NCBI GenBank assembly: GCA_944363785.1
Contig: CALVVF010000003.1
Location: 7,011 to 71,010, forward strand
From: an uncultured Bacilli bacterium
GTDB taxonomy: Bacteria > Bacillota_I > Bacilli_A > RF39 > UBA660
Length of the DNA: 64,000 bases
Direction: 5' to 3'
The notes under the pieces are model-generated. The model searched no databases. It was not told where the DNA came from and was given only the letters and a program-made list of their open reading frames with translations. Each line of letters starts with the position of its first letter. The first letter of the stretch is position 1. A program made the position numbers and the translations under genes. Shown here in pieces: positions 40,150 through 50,981 of this stretch.

Positions 40150-40862
40150 ACTTCTTCCTCCATTTTCTCTATTATTACTCGCAATTTTTCTATATCCAGG
40201 CTTGTACCTCCAATTAGATAACCATCTATATTAGGCACTTGATTTAATTCATCGATATTATTTATAGATACACTACCACCGTACAAGACTCGGCAAAAAA
40301 TTTGATATTTTTTATGGACATAATCTTTAATCATTTGAGTAATCGTCGTAATTTCTTCTGTTGTGGGGATTTTTCCTGTTCCAATTGCCCAAATAGGTTC
40401 ATAAGCAATGATTACTTGATCTAAGTTTACTTGATTAGTGAAAGCACTATCAATCTCATTCATGAGAATGTTTTCACGGTCGTTAATTTCTTCTTCTTTT
40501 TCTCCTATACATAAAACGGGCACCATGGCATTTTCTAAAATTAATTTTACTTTCTGATTAATCATCTCTTCTGTTTCATTTAGAATATTTCTTCGTTCGG
40601 AATGCCCGACAATAACATATTTAACATTCAGTGATTTTAATTGCTGGATGGCAATTTCTCCCGTTAAGGCACCCATATTGCGATCGGCTACATTTTGGGC
40701 TCCTAGGGAGTAATTAACTTGATTTTGAAAATAGGGAAGATAGATACTACTAGGACAAAATACTAGTTCATTACTTGATTTTAACGTACTTATTTGGTCT
40801 ACATAGTTTTCTATTTCTTTCTTAGTTAAATTCATTTTGTGATTACTTATTATCCACTTCAT
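40146..40862 (-). CDS. tpiA: triosephosphate isomerase
   Basis: The motifs GHSERR and AYEPIWAIGTGK are present. The ATG at 40862 has the RBS AGGTGA; the track start was GTG 40871. Confidence 0.9.
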   Translation of the reverse strand: MKWIISNHKMNLTKKEIENYVDQISTLKSSNELVFCPSSIYLPYFQNQVNYSLGAQNVADRNMGALTGEIAIQQLKSLNVKYVIVGHSERRNILNETEEMINQKVKLILENAMVPVLCIGEKEEEINDRENILMNEIDSAFTNQVNLDQVIIAYEPIWAIGTGKIPTTEEITTITQMIKDYVHKKYQIFCRVLYGGSVSINNIDELNQVPNIDGYLIGGTSLDIEKLRVIIEKMEEEV

Positions 40863-42087
40863 CTTTATCACCTTTAATTTTATCTACTATTTTTCCGATT
40901 ACACCTAAACGATTACTCTTATGTTTTATCGCATATGTATATACATCTAATACAGACTCAGCAAAATATTTTGAACTGTAGCGTTCAGAATTAATTCTCG
41001 CTTGTTTAGAGAGTTTACCTACTTGTTTTTTATCTTTATATAATTCTTTAATAATTTCTTTACATTCTTTTTTGGTCTTAAAAATTCTACCATTTAGTCC
41101 ATCAATTACCACATTAGCAAAGCTTTCATCGTCAATACAGATTGGTGTTACTTCTGAGGCCATTGCTTCAATTACTGTTAATCCTTGTGTTTCTGAATGA
41201 GAGGCAGTTAAAAAAATGTTTGCTAAATGATAATAGTATGGCATTTCTTCCCATTTTGCCTTTCCCGTCATGATAACATGTTCTGACAAGTTTTCCTTTT
41301 GGATATATTCCTGATATTCTTCCATATCTGGTCCATCTCCAACGATCAATAATTTTAGTTTTGGACAGCTAGGAATTAAATCTTTTACTACTTCCATTAG
41401 AAAGACGATATTTTTTTCTTGGGCTAAACGTCCTACGAAAATAGCTACAAAATCATCATCTTTTAGGCCTTGGTTTTTTCTCAATTTTGCTAGTTTACTG
41501 GCATCTATGTTTTCTTGATAAAACCTCTCTAACTCTATTCCCGTTGGGATAATATGAATATTCTTATCTACTTTGTATTTTTCTTTGAATAGATCATAAG
41601 TTTTCTTAGTAGGAACAATTAACTCACTAGCGGTTTTATCGCAATAAAATAGTGTTAAATATTCGACAATCTTTTTACTAGACTTATTGAAATATCCTTT
41701 AGTCACATAATGAATATAATCTTCATACATCGTATGATAAGTATGAACTAAAGGAATATCTAATTGAAAAGCCAAAAGTCTAGCAAATGTACCTATCGCA
41801 AATTCAGTTTGAGAATGAATAATATCTAAGTTCCAATTCTTAATAATATTCACAGCTTTAATCGGATAGATAGCTGTCAACCTAGAATCATAGATTCCTG
41901 TTGGGATACCGGGTATACGTAAGACATGTTCCTTCTCATCATAATCATAGTGAAAGCTTTCCAAGTTAGCTGTGACTACATATACTGTATGTCCCAATTT
42001 TTCCAAGGCCTCTTTTAACATTACTTCACTTGTGACTAAACCACTAATATAAGGGGTATAAGTTTCTGTAAAAATTCCTATTCTCAT
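40843..42087 (-). CDS. GT4-family glycosyltransferase (glycolipid/diacylglycerol glycosyltransferase-like)
   Basis: It has the GT-B fold with an EX7E-type C-terminal region (SHSETQGLTVIEAMA). It overlaps the upstream gene by 4 bp. Confidence 0.7.
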   Translation of the reverse strand: MRIGIFTETYTPYISGLVTSEVMLKEALEKLGHTVYVVTANLESFHYDYDEKEHVLRIPGIPTGIYDSRLTAIYPIKAVNIIKNWNLDIIHSQTEFAIGTFARLLAFQLDIPLVHTYHTMYEDYIHYVTKGYFNKSSKKIVEYLTLFYCDKTASELIVPTKKTYDLFKEKYKVDKNIHIIPTGIELERFYQENIDASKLAKLRKNQGLKDDDFVAIFVGRLAQEKNIVFLMEVVKDLIPSCPKLKLLIVGDGPDMEEYQEYIQKENLSEHVIMTGKAKWEEMPYYYHLANIFLTASHSETQGLTVIEAMASEVTPICIDDESFANVVIDGLNGRIFKTKKECKEIIKELYKDKKQVGKLSKQARINSERYSSKYFAESVLDVYTYAIKHKSNRLGVIGKIVDKIKGDKDEVDNK

Positions 42088-43088
42088 TTTCTATTCCTTC
42101 CTTTAATATTTAAGACGATCGCACCAATAATCATCAATAAATAATATGATATCGTTCGCCAAATTAGAAGAGAGGCTTTTAAAATACTACCTCCAATAAA
42201 GCATCCGAAGAATTTCAAATAACCATATTCAATACCACCACTCGCACCTGGTATCGGTACAAATGAACCAATGATCAATATATATGCTGATGAGACGATA
42301 GCGGTAATTGGAGATACTCCTGTTCCTCCTAGGGCAATAATGACAAAATAAGGCATTACATAAGTTAGTGTTAAGTAAATAATATTATAGAAAAAGGCTT
42401 CTAAACAAAGAAGTTTATTCTTTTTCAAATACGTTGTTCCTTCGTGGAAATCGTCGATTCTTTCTCTCCATGCTTCTTGGGTTTTTTCAGGATTTTTTAT
42501 GAGTTTCGTTTTCCCTAAAAAAGCAATAATCTTCTTAATCACTAGATGATTGAATTTACTACTAAAGCTAATTATGATCAAGCCTAACATCACTAGTGTA
42601 TTAATCATGAATCCTAAGACTATTAATTCTTTTAATACAGGAATATTTTTAAATAAGTGAAAATTAGCATTGATCGTAATGGCAAATAATCCATAGATTA
42701 CTAAAGCGGCTTGATAGATAATAAAGTTCTGCATGATGATGTTAGTCGCTTTGGTTAGACGGAAACCATCTTTTTTTAACATGTAAATTTGCATTGGTTG
42801 ACCACCTGTTGAAAAGGGGGTAATTCCATTAAAGAACTTCGTTACAAACTGCATGCGTAAGGCTTGACTAAAACGATAGTCTTTTGTATAGCCATTGACG
42901 ATTTTCTTATAAGCCAATGTTTCAAATGCGATAGCTAGTAGTTGACAGAGAAGTGCTAAGAAAAGAAAGAAGAAGTTAGCACCAAGAAGTGCGGCAATAA
43001 TCTCGTTGAAATCATCTTTTAACACTAAAAAGAGAATTAATATCGTGACACCAATTAATATTAAACTGTTTTTCTTTAAGCTTTTCAT
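42084..43088 (-). CDS. flippase-like / lysylphosphatidylglycerol-synthase TM-domain family membrane protein
   Basis: It is a polytopic membrane protein with the FSTGGQP motif typical of the LPG_synthase_TM (UPF0104) family. It is paired with the GT4 gene. Confidence 0.55.
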   Translation of the reverse strand: MKSLKKNSLILIGVTILILFLVLKDDFNEIIAALLGANFFFLFLALLCQLLAIAFETLAYKKIVNGYTKDYRFSQALRMQFVTKFFNGITPFSTGGQPMQIYMLKKDGFRLTKATNIIMQNFIIYQAALVIYGLFAITINANFHLFKNIPVLKELIVLGFMINTLVMLGLIIISFSSKFNHLVIKKIIAFLGKTKLIKNPEKTQEAWRERIDDFHEGTTYLKKNKLLCLEAFFYNIIYLTLTYVMPYFVIIALGGTGVSPITAIVSSAYILIIGSFVPIPGASGGIEYGYLKFFGCFIGGSILKASLLIWRTISYYLLMIIGAIVLNIKGRNRK

Positions 43089-43173
43089 AGTACACTCCTC
43101 ATTTTCTTTTGCTTTATCTTTTAGTTAGTCTAAACGAGATCTACTTGTGAGATTTATCCCTAAAGAAAAGCTT

Positions 43174-44352
43174 TTATTTTTCGGCTATTACTTCAAGGCC
43201 TGGCAAACTCTTTCCTTCTAGATATTCTAAAGTTGCTCCTCCTCCAGTAGATGCATGACTGACTTTATCTTTATATCCTAATTGACTAGCTGCAGCAACG
43301 ATATCACCGCCACCTAAAATGGTATCGATATGATTATCCGTTAAGAATTTTAATACCTGTTCTGTTCCAATACTGTATTTAGGATTTTCATATACACCTA
43401 ATGGTCCGTTCCAGACAACGGTTTTCGCTGTTTTTAGTATATCACAAAATTCTTGAACTGTCTCAGGACCGATATCTAGCCCTTTTTCAGTAGCAGATAG
43501 GTCATTGATTTTAACGATGCGGCTATTGTTGTCTTCTAGGGATGTCGCTGCATTAACATCGACAGGAAGAACGATTTTTCCAGGATAGTTAGTTAACATC
43601 TGTTTACAAAAATCAATGTTTTCTTCATCTAAAATACTACTTCCAATCGAGTATCCTGCTGCTTTCAAAAAGGTAAAGGACATTCCCCCACCAATTATAA
43701 TTTTGTCGGCTTTTTCGATCAAGTTTTTGATAACACCAATTTTATCAGATACTTTACTACCACCTAAAATTACAACATAAGGACGTTGTGGTTCATCGAG
43801 ACGACTTAATGCTTTTAACTCTCTTTCCACCAAAAAGCCAATCGCATTTGGTAATTTACTACCAATTCCTACGTTCGATGCATGACTACGATGAATAGTT
43901 CCAAAGGCATCATTAATGAATATATCTCCTAAGCTTGCCCAATAAGTAGCTAATTCCTCATCATTTGTACTTTCTTTCTTACCATCTAAGTCTTCAAATC
44001 TAGTATTTTCGATTAATAAAATTTCTCCTTCTTTCATTTCATTAATCGTTTTTATTAATATATCACTTCGTGTCTTATTAATAAACATGACCGGTCGTCT
44101 TAATAATTCACTTAATCTTTCTGCAACAGGGGCAAGGGTATTTTTTTGTTTATCACTTTCCTCTTTGATACGACCAAGATGAGACATTAGAATAACTTTG
44201 GCTCTCTGATCAATCGCATAACGAATCGTATCTAAGCTTTCTACAATTCTCGTATCATCAGCAATTTCTCCATTCTTCATCGGAACATTAAAATCGCAAC
44301 GAATGATTACTCTTTTACCACTAAGATCTAAATCGGTAATACTTTTTTTCAT
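43174..44352 (-). CDS. pgk: phosphoglycerate kinase
   Basis: The protein is 392 aa; RCDFNVP and GGGAS..LEGK hinge motifs are present. Confidence 0.95.
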   Translation of the reverse strand: MKKSITDLDLSGKRVIIRCDFNVPMKNGEIADDTRIVESLDTIRYAIDQRAKVILMSHLGRIKEESDKQKNTLAPVAERLSELLRRPVMFINKTRSDILIKTINEMKEGEILLIENTRFEDLDGKKESTNDEELATYWASLGDIFINDAFGTIHRSHASNVGIGSKLPNAIGFLVERELKALSRLDEPQRPYVVILGGSKVSDKIGVIKNLIEKADKIIIGGGMSFTFLKAAGYSIGSSILDEENIDFCKQMLTNYPGKIVLPVDVNAATSLEDNNSRIVKINDLSATEKGLDIGPETVQEFCDILKTAKTVVWNGPLGVYENPKYSIGTEQVLKFLTDNHIDTILGGGDIVAAASQLGYKDKVSHASTGGGATLEYLEGKSLPGLEVIAEK

Positions 44353-44443
44353 TTTGTAACCTCTTTTCTTTTATTCTTTTTCAGTACTAGTATATCAAAA
44401 AAAAGAGATGAGTTAAATCTCTTTTCTCAATTACTTGACATTT

Positions 44444-45460
44444 CTATATGGTTTCCATAACTTCCATCAATTTTTTGGCTGTTCTTACCATTTGACTAGT
44501 ATAAGAGTTTTCATTGTCATACCAAGCTACTATTTGTACTAATGTTTTACCATCATTCAAGCTAATGACTTTTGTTTGAGTAGCATCAAAAATAGAGCCA
44601 TGAGTTTCTCCTATGATATCACTAGAAACGATTTCTTCTTCGGTATAACCATAAGATTCGCTTTGTACTGATTTCATCATTTCGTTGATCTCTTCTTTAG
44701 TTACTTCTTTATCAACAACAACATCTAAGATTGTCAAGCTTCCATCTGGTACTGGTACACGTTGAGCACCACCAATTAATTTTCCTGATAGTTCAGGGAT
44801 GACTAAACCAATTGCTTTAGCTGCTCCGGTTGAATTAGGTACAATATTGATCGCACCAGCACGAGCTCTTCTTAAGTCCCCTTTTCTATGTGGTCCATCT
44901 AAGATCATTTGATCTCCTGTATAGGCATGAACAGTCGTCATGATACCTGAGATAATTGGGGCATAGTTATTTAGCGCATATGCCATTGGTGCAAGGCAGT
45001 TTGTCGTACAAGATGCTGCCGAAATAATATGATCATCTTTAGTAATGATATTTTCATTTACTCCATAAACGACTGTAGGTACATCATTACCAGCTGGGGC
45101 AGAAATAATTACTTTCTTTGCTCCCGCTCTTAAATGAGCTTCTGATTTTTCTTTTGAAGTAAAGAACCCAGTACACTCCAATACAACATCAACTTCTAAC
45201 TCTTTCCATGGTAATTCTTCTGGATTAGAAATAGCATAAACAGGAATCTCTTTACCTGCTACAATTATACTTTTTTCAGTTGCTTGAACGGTATCTGCTA
45301 ATTCATATTTCTTTTGAGCAGAATCGTACTTCAATAAGTGAGCTAACATTTTAGGATTTGTTAGATCGTTAATTGCGACAATCTCGCAGTCACTTTGGCC
45401 AAACATTTGACGAAAAGCAAGACGACCTATGCGTCCAAAACCATTAATAGCTACTTTCAT
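44444..45460 (-). CDS. gap: glyceraldehyde-3-phosphate dehydrogenase
   Basis: INGFGRIGR is present, and the catalytic site is [10 protein letters not shown]. Confidence 0.95.
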   Translation of the reverse strand: MKVAINGFGRIGRLAFRQMFGQSDCEIVAINDLTNPKMLAHLLKYDSAQKKYELADTVQATEKSIIVAGKEIPVYAISNPEELPWKELEVDVVLECTGFFTSKEKSEAHLRAGAKKVIISAPAGNDVPTVVYGVNENIITKDDHIISAASCTTNCLAPMAYALNNYAPIISGIMTTVHAYTGDQMILDGPHRKGDLRRARAGAINIVPNSTGAAKAIGLVIPELSGKLIGGAQRVPVPDGSLTILDVVVDKEVTKEEINEMMKSVQSESYGYTEEEIVSSDIIGETHGSIFDATQTKVISLNDGKTLVQIVAWYDNENSYTSQMVRTAKKLMEVMETI

Positions 45461-45483
45461 TTTATCATCCTCTTTCTATCTTC

Positions 45484-45512
45484 ACTATATAGTTTTTACC
45501 TATTATTGTCAA
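45484..45512 (-). promoter_or_regulatory. sigma-A promoter TTGACA-N17-TATAGT for gap-pgk operon
   Basis: The hexamers were read on the minus strand about 25 bp upstream of the RBS. Confidence 0.6.
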
Positions 45513-45547
45513 TATATTCAAAAGAAACTAGTCGTCATTTGTCACTA

Positions 45548-45628
45548 TTTTCCACAGAAATTGAGGATAATTTTTATTTTTTCCACAGATACTCGTTCGT
45601 ATTTACTAAAATTTTATTTTTATCCACA
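45548..45628. promoter_or_regulatory. three direct DnaA-box-like repeats (TTTTCCACA, TTTTCCACA, TTATCCACA) upstream of the gap promoter
   Basis: The boxes are at 45548-45556, 45579-45587 and 45620-45628, 31 and 41 bp apart. The third matches the consensus TTATNCACA exactly. Confidence 0.5.
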
Positions 45629-45644
45629 GTTTTTGGGGATAACT

Positions 45645-47303
45645 TTAAATTTTAAAGCAGCCTCCACCAATAAATTCTCTTAAGATCGAGTCTTCTGGTA
45701 TACTTTCTGATGATATTGGAAGAAATACACGTAAGAAATTGATTAAACGAACAGCTTCATTATAGTAGTCTGATCCAACTGGAACAGAGTAAAGTAATGG
45801 TTCTACGAAAGTTTTTAACACACCTAATTCATAAATATGGGCAGTATTAAAAGTGTACTCTGCATCATCCTGATATGGGAAAATATATTTTTCTTCCCCT
45901 TCTCTTACTTTTGCCCAACTTTCTAAGGTAGCTTCAACACTATTTCCACGAGTTCGATTATCCCGAACAATTCGTCTTAAAAGTCGATTATCAGTCGTAG
46001 AAACACGGGTATGATTATCGATATTTAGTTCTGTTAAAGCAGATAAATAAATCGTTACTTTATTTTCTTTTGGAATATTTTCTAATACTTTAGGATTTAA
46101 AGCATGGATGCCCTCAATTAAAAGAATATCTTCATCTTCCATTCGGAGCTTGGTCTTAAATTCTTTTTTTCCTAAAATAAAATTATAAGTAGGAATAAGG
46201 GTTTCCTCTTTATTCAATAATTTCTTAATTGTTTCTTCGAATAGATCAAGATTTACAGCTTCTAATCTTTCAAAATCAGGATTTCCTTCTTGATCTAAAG
46301 GTGTCTCATCTCTTTCTACAAAGAAATCATCCATCGATAACATGATCGGATTCTTTCCAAAGCTTTTTAGACATAGAACTAATTTATTGGTCGTTGTGGT
46401 TTTTCCTGTTGAAGAAGGACCACCTAATAGAACTATTTTAGCCTGATCTTGCCTTTTTACAATTTCTTTGGCAATGTCAAATAACTTTTCGTTTTTCACT
46501 AATTCATCGATTCGAATTAACTCTTCTATGGTACTATTAGATACTCGTCGATTTAAATCCACAACATTTTCTAGTTTTAACATCTTTGCCCATTCCCTAG
46601 AACTTTTAAATAGCGAAAAGATATTTTTACGATGTTGATAAGGTTTTATTCCATCTTTCATATAAATCGTTGGGAAACGTAAGACAAAACCATTCTCATG
46701 AAGATAAGTTAGTTCAAAGTGAGATAATGATTTGGTACTGACAGGCATCTGACTATATAAATAATCGTAGAGATTACCTAGTTTATATAAAGTGACATGA
46801 GTAGAAGTTACATAATCAATAATTCCTGCTTTTACTTCATCATGAATTGCATGGAAATAGTTTTTGGCATCTAACCTGGTCACCGTTACTTTAGTAATCG
46901 GTAAATCGGCAGCGACTATCTCTCTCATCTTTAATTCTAAATGATTTAAATCTTCTTCTGTTAATTTAATGTTACTTTCAATATATAATCCCTTATCTAA
47001 AGAGTGATTTACTTTTAGCTCCATATTACTACCAAATAATTGCTTAGCCGCATACACGGTTAAAAAAATCAAACCATTTAAAAAAATACGATTAGCTCCA
47101 CGCTCGGTTAGATCTAAGAATTCTACTCGGCAATCTTTATGTAGGGTATCTGTTAATTCTTTATAGATCCCATCTACTTTCGCTAAAATAATCTCATACT
47201 TAAAATTCTGTTGATAGGATGTAGACAATTGTTGAAGTGTAGTCCCACGATCCACTTGGATATTGTCTGTTCCTACAGTTATTGTTATCTTATTCATTTT
47301 CAT
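45645..47303 (-). CDS. uridine/cytidine-kinase-family nucleoside kinase with N-terminal TGS/ThrRS-like domain
   Basis: The P-loop LLGGPSSTGKTTTT is in a PRK/uridine-kinase-like C-terminal half, and there is a long N-terminal extension. Confidence 0.6.
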   Translation of the reverse strand: MKMNKITITVGTDNIQVDRGTTLQQLSTSYQQNFKYEIILAKVDGIYKELTDTLHKDCRVEFLDLTERGANRIFLNGLIFLTVYAAKQLFGSNMELKVNHSLDKGLYIESNIKLTEEDLNHLELKMREIVAADLPITKVTVTRLDAKNYFHAIHDEVKAGIIDYVTSTHVTLYKLGNLYDYLYSQMPVSTKSLSHFELTYLHENGFVLRFPTIYMKDGIKPYQHRKNIFSLFKSSREWAKMLKLENVVDLNRRVSNSTIEELIRIDELVKNEKLFDIAKEIVKRQDQAKIVLLGGPSSTGKTTTTNKLVLCLKSFGKNPIMLSMDDFFVERDETPLDQEGNPDFERLEAVNLDLFEETIKKLLNKEETLIPTYNFILGKKEFKTKLRMEDEDILLIEGIHALNPKVLENIPKENKVTIYLSALTELNIDNHTRVSTTDNRLLRRIVRDNRTRGNSVEATLESWAKVREGEEKYIFPYQDDAEYTFNTAHIYELGVLKTFVEPLLYSVPVGSDYYNEAVRLINFLRVFLPISSESIPEDSILREFIGGGCFKI

Positions 47304-47477
47304 TCCCCTTTTTTTATTATTTCTTTGTATACCTAATTTAGTTAGTTAAACTGGTATTCTATTTTATTACTTTATTGTTATTATATTACTTTTTTTTAAA
47401 TTTAGAAAGTATAGTTTTTGTCTTTTATGTGAATATTTTTTTCTATTTCTTACTAATATATTTATAGGTGATTAATA

Positions 47478-48053
47478 ATGAGTTTAGTTCCTATTGTCAT
47501 AGACAAAGAAAGTAATGGTGAAAGAAGTTACGATATTTTTTCTAGACTACTTAAGAATAGAATTATTTTATTAAGTGGTGAAATTAACGATAGTACTTCG
47601 GATTCTGTTGTTGCTCAACTACTCTACTTAGATTCTTTAAATCACGAGGATATCAGTCTTTATATCAATAGTCCTGGGGGTTCTATTTCCAGTGGGATGG
47701 CGATATACGATACGATGAATTTTGTTAAAAGTAAGGTATCGACAATCTGTATAGGTATGGCTGCAAGTATGGCTGCTTTTCTTTTATCATCTGGAGAAAA
47801 AGGTAAACGTTTTATCTTACCAAATGCCGAGGTCATGATTCATCAACCTTTAGGGGGAGCTCAGGGGCAAGCAACGGAAATTAAGATTGCTGCCGAACAT
47901 ATTTTAAAAGTAAAAAAGAGAATGAATACCATCCTTGCTGATAATACCGGCCAAGAAATTGAGACTATTGAAAAAGATACTGAAAGGGATAATTTTATGG
48001 ATAGTAGGGAGGCGCTTAATTATGGTATCGTCGATCAAATTATTAGTAATTAG
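47478..48053 (+). CDS. clpP: ATP-dependent Clp protease proteolytic subunit
   Basis: The Ser-His-Asp triad context is [16 protein letters not shown]. Confidence 0.95.
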   Translation: MSLVPIVIDKESNGERSYDIFSRLLKNRIILLSGEINDSTSDSVVAQLLYLDSLNHEDISLYINSPGGSISSGMAIYDTMNFVKSKVSTICIGMAASMAAFLLSSGEKGKRFILPNAEVMIHQPLGGAQGQATEIKIAAEHILKVKKRMNTILADNTGQEIETIEKDTERDNFMDSREALNYGIVDQIISN

Positions 48054-48083
48054 TTTAAAGAGGCACAAAATATATGCCTCTTT

Positions 48084-48593
48084 TTATCTGTGATAAGTTT
48101 TTGGGCTTAAGAAATTAAGAACTTCCTCTTTTGTATATACAAAGTCCGGAAATGCCCCATATTGAATAGCAATTTTTTCACCATTTCCAAATAAAGAACG
48201 ATTACTATCTAATAAGTGCTGACAAATTTCTTTTTGAACTTCTGTTATCTCTTCCAGTTTACTAGGAAAAGTTAAACTCGCCATAGTATTATCTAACCCA
48301 CCCAATTTATTTTTTATATAATCTAATCTAACCCCTGCGTATACAATGCATCCTAATTCACAAAGTAGTTTAGTTGCTAAATATGTTTCATATACATTGG
48401 CTGATTCTAGTTCGAAATAATCATTAATATAGCTAGAGAAAACATCCTTATGTTCTTGATTATCTTCTACTACAATAATTTCTCCTAATGGAGTAATGAT
48501 ATATCCTCCAGCTAAAACTGACATTTCTTCAGGTAAACAACTTTGATATTCATTACCTTCTTTTTGGTTTTTATTCATTGGTCTTATTTTCAT
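48084..48593 (-). CDS. hypothetical protein
   Basis: It is a 169-aa ORF with no motif I recognise. Confidence 0.3.
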   Translation of the reverse strand: MKIRPMNKNQKEGNEYQSCLPEEMSVLAGGYIITPLGEIIVVEDNQEHKDVFSSYINDYFELESANVYETYLATKLLCELGCIVYAGVRLDYIKNKLGGLDNTMASLTFPSKLEEITEVQKEICQHLLDSNRSLFGNGEKIAIQYGAFPDFVYTKEEVLNFLSPKTYHR

Positions 48594-48599
48594 GATTTC

Positions 48600-49097
48600 T
48601 TATATTCCTCTCATCTTATTTTCCTTTTGCTTGGACTTAATATATGTTATCCATTCATCATCCTGAAAAGCTATAGTCATTCCTGCTCTTTCTAAAGCTT
48701 TCTGACTAGCTACATTTTCTTTTTCTACTTCAGCAACAATGCAATCTATATTCTTATTGGTTAGTAGATAGTTCATCATTTCTGCTACCATTTTACTTCC
48801 TAGTCCTAAGTTGCGATACTGTTCACTAATCGCGTAGTAAAGACTAGTAGTTTTTCCTTTTACTCCGTTGGTTGGAGGGCTTAAATTTATATAGCCGATA
48901 GGCATATTTGAATAATCAAAGCATATGTATTCATCTATCCATGACGATTCGTCTTTTTTATTATACTCGAATTCATTTTTTTCTAAATCCCATAGATAGC
49001 TAATATTACTAGACTTCATTAATTCTCTTAAAAATTGGAGATGACTAATATTATTTCGATCTAATTGTTCCATATACAAGGTATCTAACTTTATCAT
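48600..49097 (-). CDS. GNAT-family N-acetyltransferase
   Basis: RNLGLGSKMVAEMMNY is present. Confidence 0.7.
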   Translation of the reverse strand: MIKLDTLYMEQLDRNNISHLQFLRELMKSSNISYLWDLEKNEFEYNKKDESSWIDEYICFDYSNMPIGYINLSPPTNGVKGKTTSLYYAISEQYRNLGLGSKMVAEMMNYLLTNKNIDCIVAEVEKENVASQKALERAGMTIAFQDDEWITYIKSKQKENKMRGI

Positions 49098-50032
49098 TTT
49101 TTCTCCTGTTTTTTCATCTTATCCGCTAAATCTCTTATTTTTCTAAATCGATGATTTAATCCAGATTTCGTGATTGGCTTTCCTGTTTCATAAGAGATGA
49201 TTTCACTTAACTCTAATAGAGAGGCTTCAGGATATTTTTCCCGATATTCGATGATTTCTTTGGTTTTATCATCTAATAATTCGATGCCTAAGTTTTCTTT
49301 TAGATAGCGAATCTCTTCTAATTGTTTTGTCGCTGTTTCGACAATTTTATCAATATTGGCTTGTTCACAATTGTTTAACCTGTTTGTCATATTCTTATGA
49401 TCACGGTAAATTCGGATATCTTCGTAATATAAAACAGCATTGTAAGCACTGATAATTCTTAAGAAATCACCAATTTTTTCTGCTTCTTTGATATATACCA
49501 TATACCCTTTTTCTCTGCTTAATATTTTACTGTTTAACGAAAATTTGTTTAATAATTTTTGAATGAATTCGGCTTCCTTCCTTTCATCGATCAAATATTC
49601 TAAATGATATCTCGATGTTTTAGGATCGTTAATACTTCCTTTGGTTAGAAAGCTTCCTCTTAAATAAGCTCTAATCTCAGCTTCAGAATCAGCAATATAT
49701 TCTGCTGGTGTCGGTAGATAATCTCCGTTTTCGTCGACTACGGATAAATCTTTTAAAATTAAATCTACTTTATCGTCGATCATGATTAAATAAAGATTAT
49801 TTTTACTGAAATTATTTCCTTTTCTTGTTTCTATTTCACAAGTTACATCATACAAGTCTTTACAGAGTTTATATACACGTTTTACAACGGTTGCGTTTTC
49901 TGATACAAGATCAATTGTATCTAAAGTATAACTTCCATTGTTTCGTAAAAAGCCAGATAACTCTGCGATACTTTCAGACTTGGTGTTATCTATTCTAGAA
50001 ATTTCTTCTTTTATTGTCGTTGTGAAAGACAT
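49094..50032 (-). CDS. whiA: DNA-binding protein WhiA
   Basis: It has the LAGLIDADG-like N-domain (YLRGSFLTKGSINDP) plus a C-terminal HTH, and it lies downstream of yvcK. Confidence 0.85.
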   Translation of the reverse strand: MSFTTTIKEEISRIDNTKSESIAELSGFLRNNGSYTLDTIDLVSENATVVKRVYKLCKDLYDVTCEIETRKGNNFSKNNLYLIMIDDKVDLILKDLSVVDENGDYLPTPAEYIADSEAEIRAYLRGSFLTKGSINDPKTSRYHLEYLIDERKEAEFIQKLLNKFSLNSKILSREKGYMVYIKEAEKIGDFLRIISAYNAVLYYEDIRIYRDHKNMTNRLNNCEQANIDKIVETATKQLEEIRYLKENLGIELLDDKTKEIIEYREKYPEASLLELSEIISYETGKPITKSGLNHRFRKIRDLADKMKKQEKK

Positions 50033-50036
50033 ATTA

Positions 50037-50981
50037 TCACCTCATTATGTAAGAGAAAATCAGTGAACCTAACTTTAAACCATTATGTTTAATTGTACCA
50101 TCTTCTAAGGTAACTAAGTCTGACGTTAGTAATTCAACTTTTAGTTTTTTAATATTTTCCTGATCAATTTCTACTTGTTCTTTGAACTCTTTTTCATATT
50201 TTGCAACCATACTATCAGAAATTGGGGTATTACTTGCAATTACAGCATCGATTTTTCTTTTGCCTAAATATTTATTTAGTGTATTTAAATAATCACTAAC
50301 TCGATTATCTTCTGTCTCACCGGGTTGATTCATCAAATTACAGATATAGAGGATAGGGGCACTACTTTTATCGATTGCTTTAATGATATCTTTACAGATC
50401 AAATGGGGAATAATACTAGTATAAAGGCTTCCCATACTGAGTACGATTAAATCAGCCTCATTAATCGCCTGTAATACATCTTTTCGCACATGGGGATTTT
50501 CTTTATAGTATATTTTTTTGAACTTTTTATACGATTTCATAATTTGTGCTTGCCCAGATATCGTTTCGCCGTCTACAGTGTCAGCCATTAGAGTTAAATA
50601 GTCTTCTGAAAGTGGTAATACTTGGTGTTTAACATCTAATAATTGACTAAGACAATCAATACTCTTTTTTAAATCATGTTTTTGATTTAACATAGCTGTT
50701 AGAATTAGATTACCAATTGGGTGACCATCCAGGTCACTGTAAGTATTAAAACGATATTCCATTACACTTTTAATTTCATCTGGTAATGGAGAAAGATTGG
50801 TTAATACTTTGCGAATATCTCCAACGGCAGGGGTTAGGAATTCTTCACGTAGTTTACCAGTTGATTTACCATTATCAGCAACAGTAATAATCGCACTAAT
50901 CTCAACAGGGAAATCTTTTAATCCACTTAGTAAATGTGACATTCCCGTCCCACCACCAAGCACAACTATCTTTTTCTTCAT
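50037..50981 (-). CDS. yvcK: YvcK/CofD-family gluconeogenesis factor
   Basis: VVLGGGTGMSHLLSGLK..ITVADNGKSTGKLR is present. Confidence 0.85.
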   Translation of the reverse strand: MKKKIVVLGGGTGMSHLLSGLKDFPVEISAIITVADNGKSTGKLREEFLTPAVGDIRKVLTNLSPLPDEIKSVMEYRFNTYSDLDGHPIGNLILTAMLNQKHDLKKSIDCLSQLLDVKHQVLPLSEDYLTLMADTVDGETISGQAQIMKSYKKFKKIYYKENPHVRKDVLQAINEADLIVLSMGSLYTSIIPHLICKDIIKAIDKSSAPILYICNLMNQPGETEDNRVSDYLNTLNKYLGKRKIDAVIASNTPISDSMVAKYEKEFKEQVEIDQENIKKLKVELLTSDLVTLEDGTIKHNGLKLGSLIFSYIMR

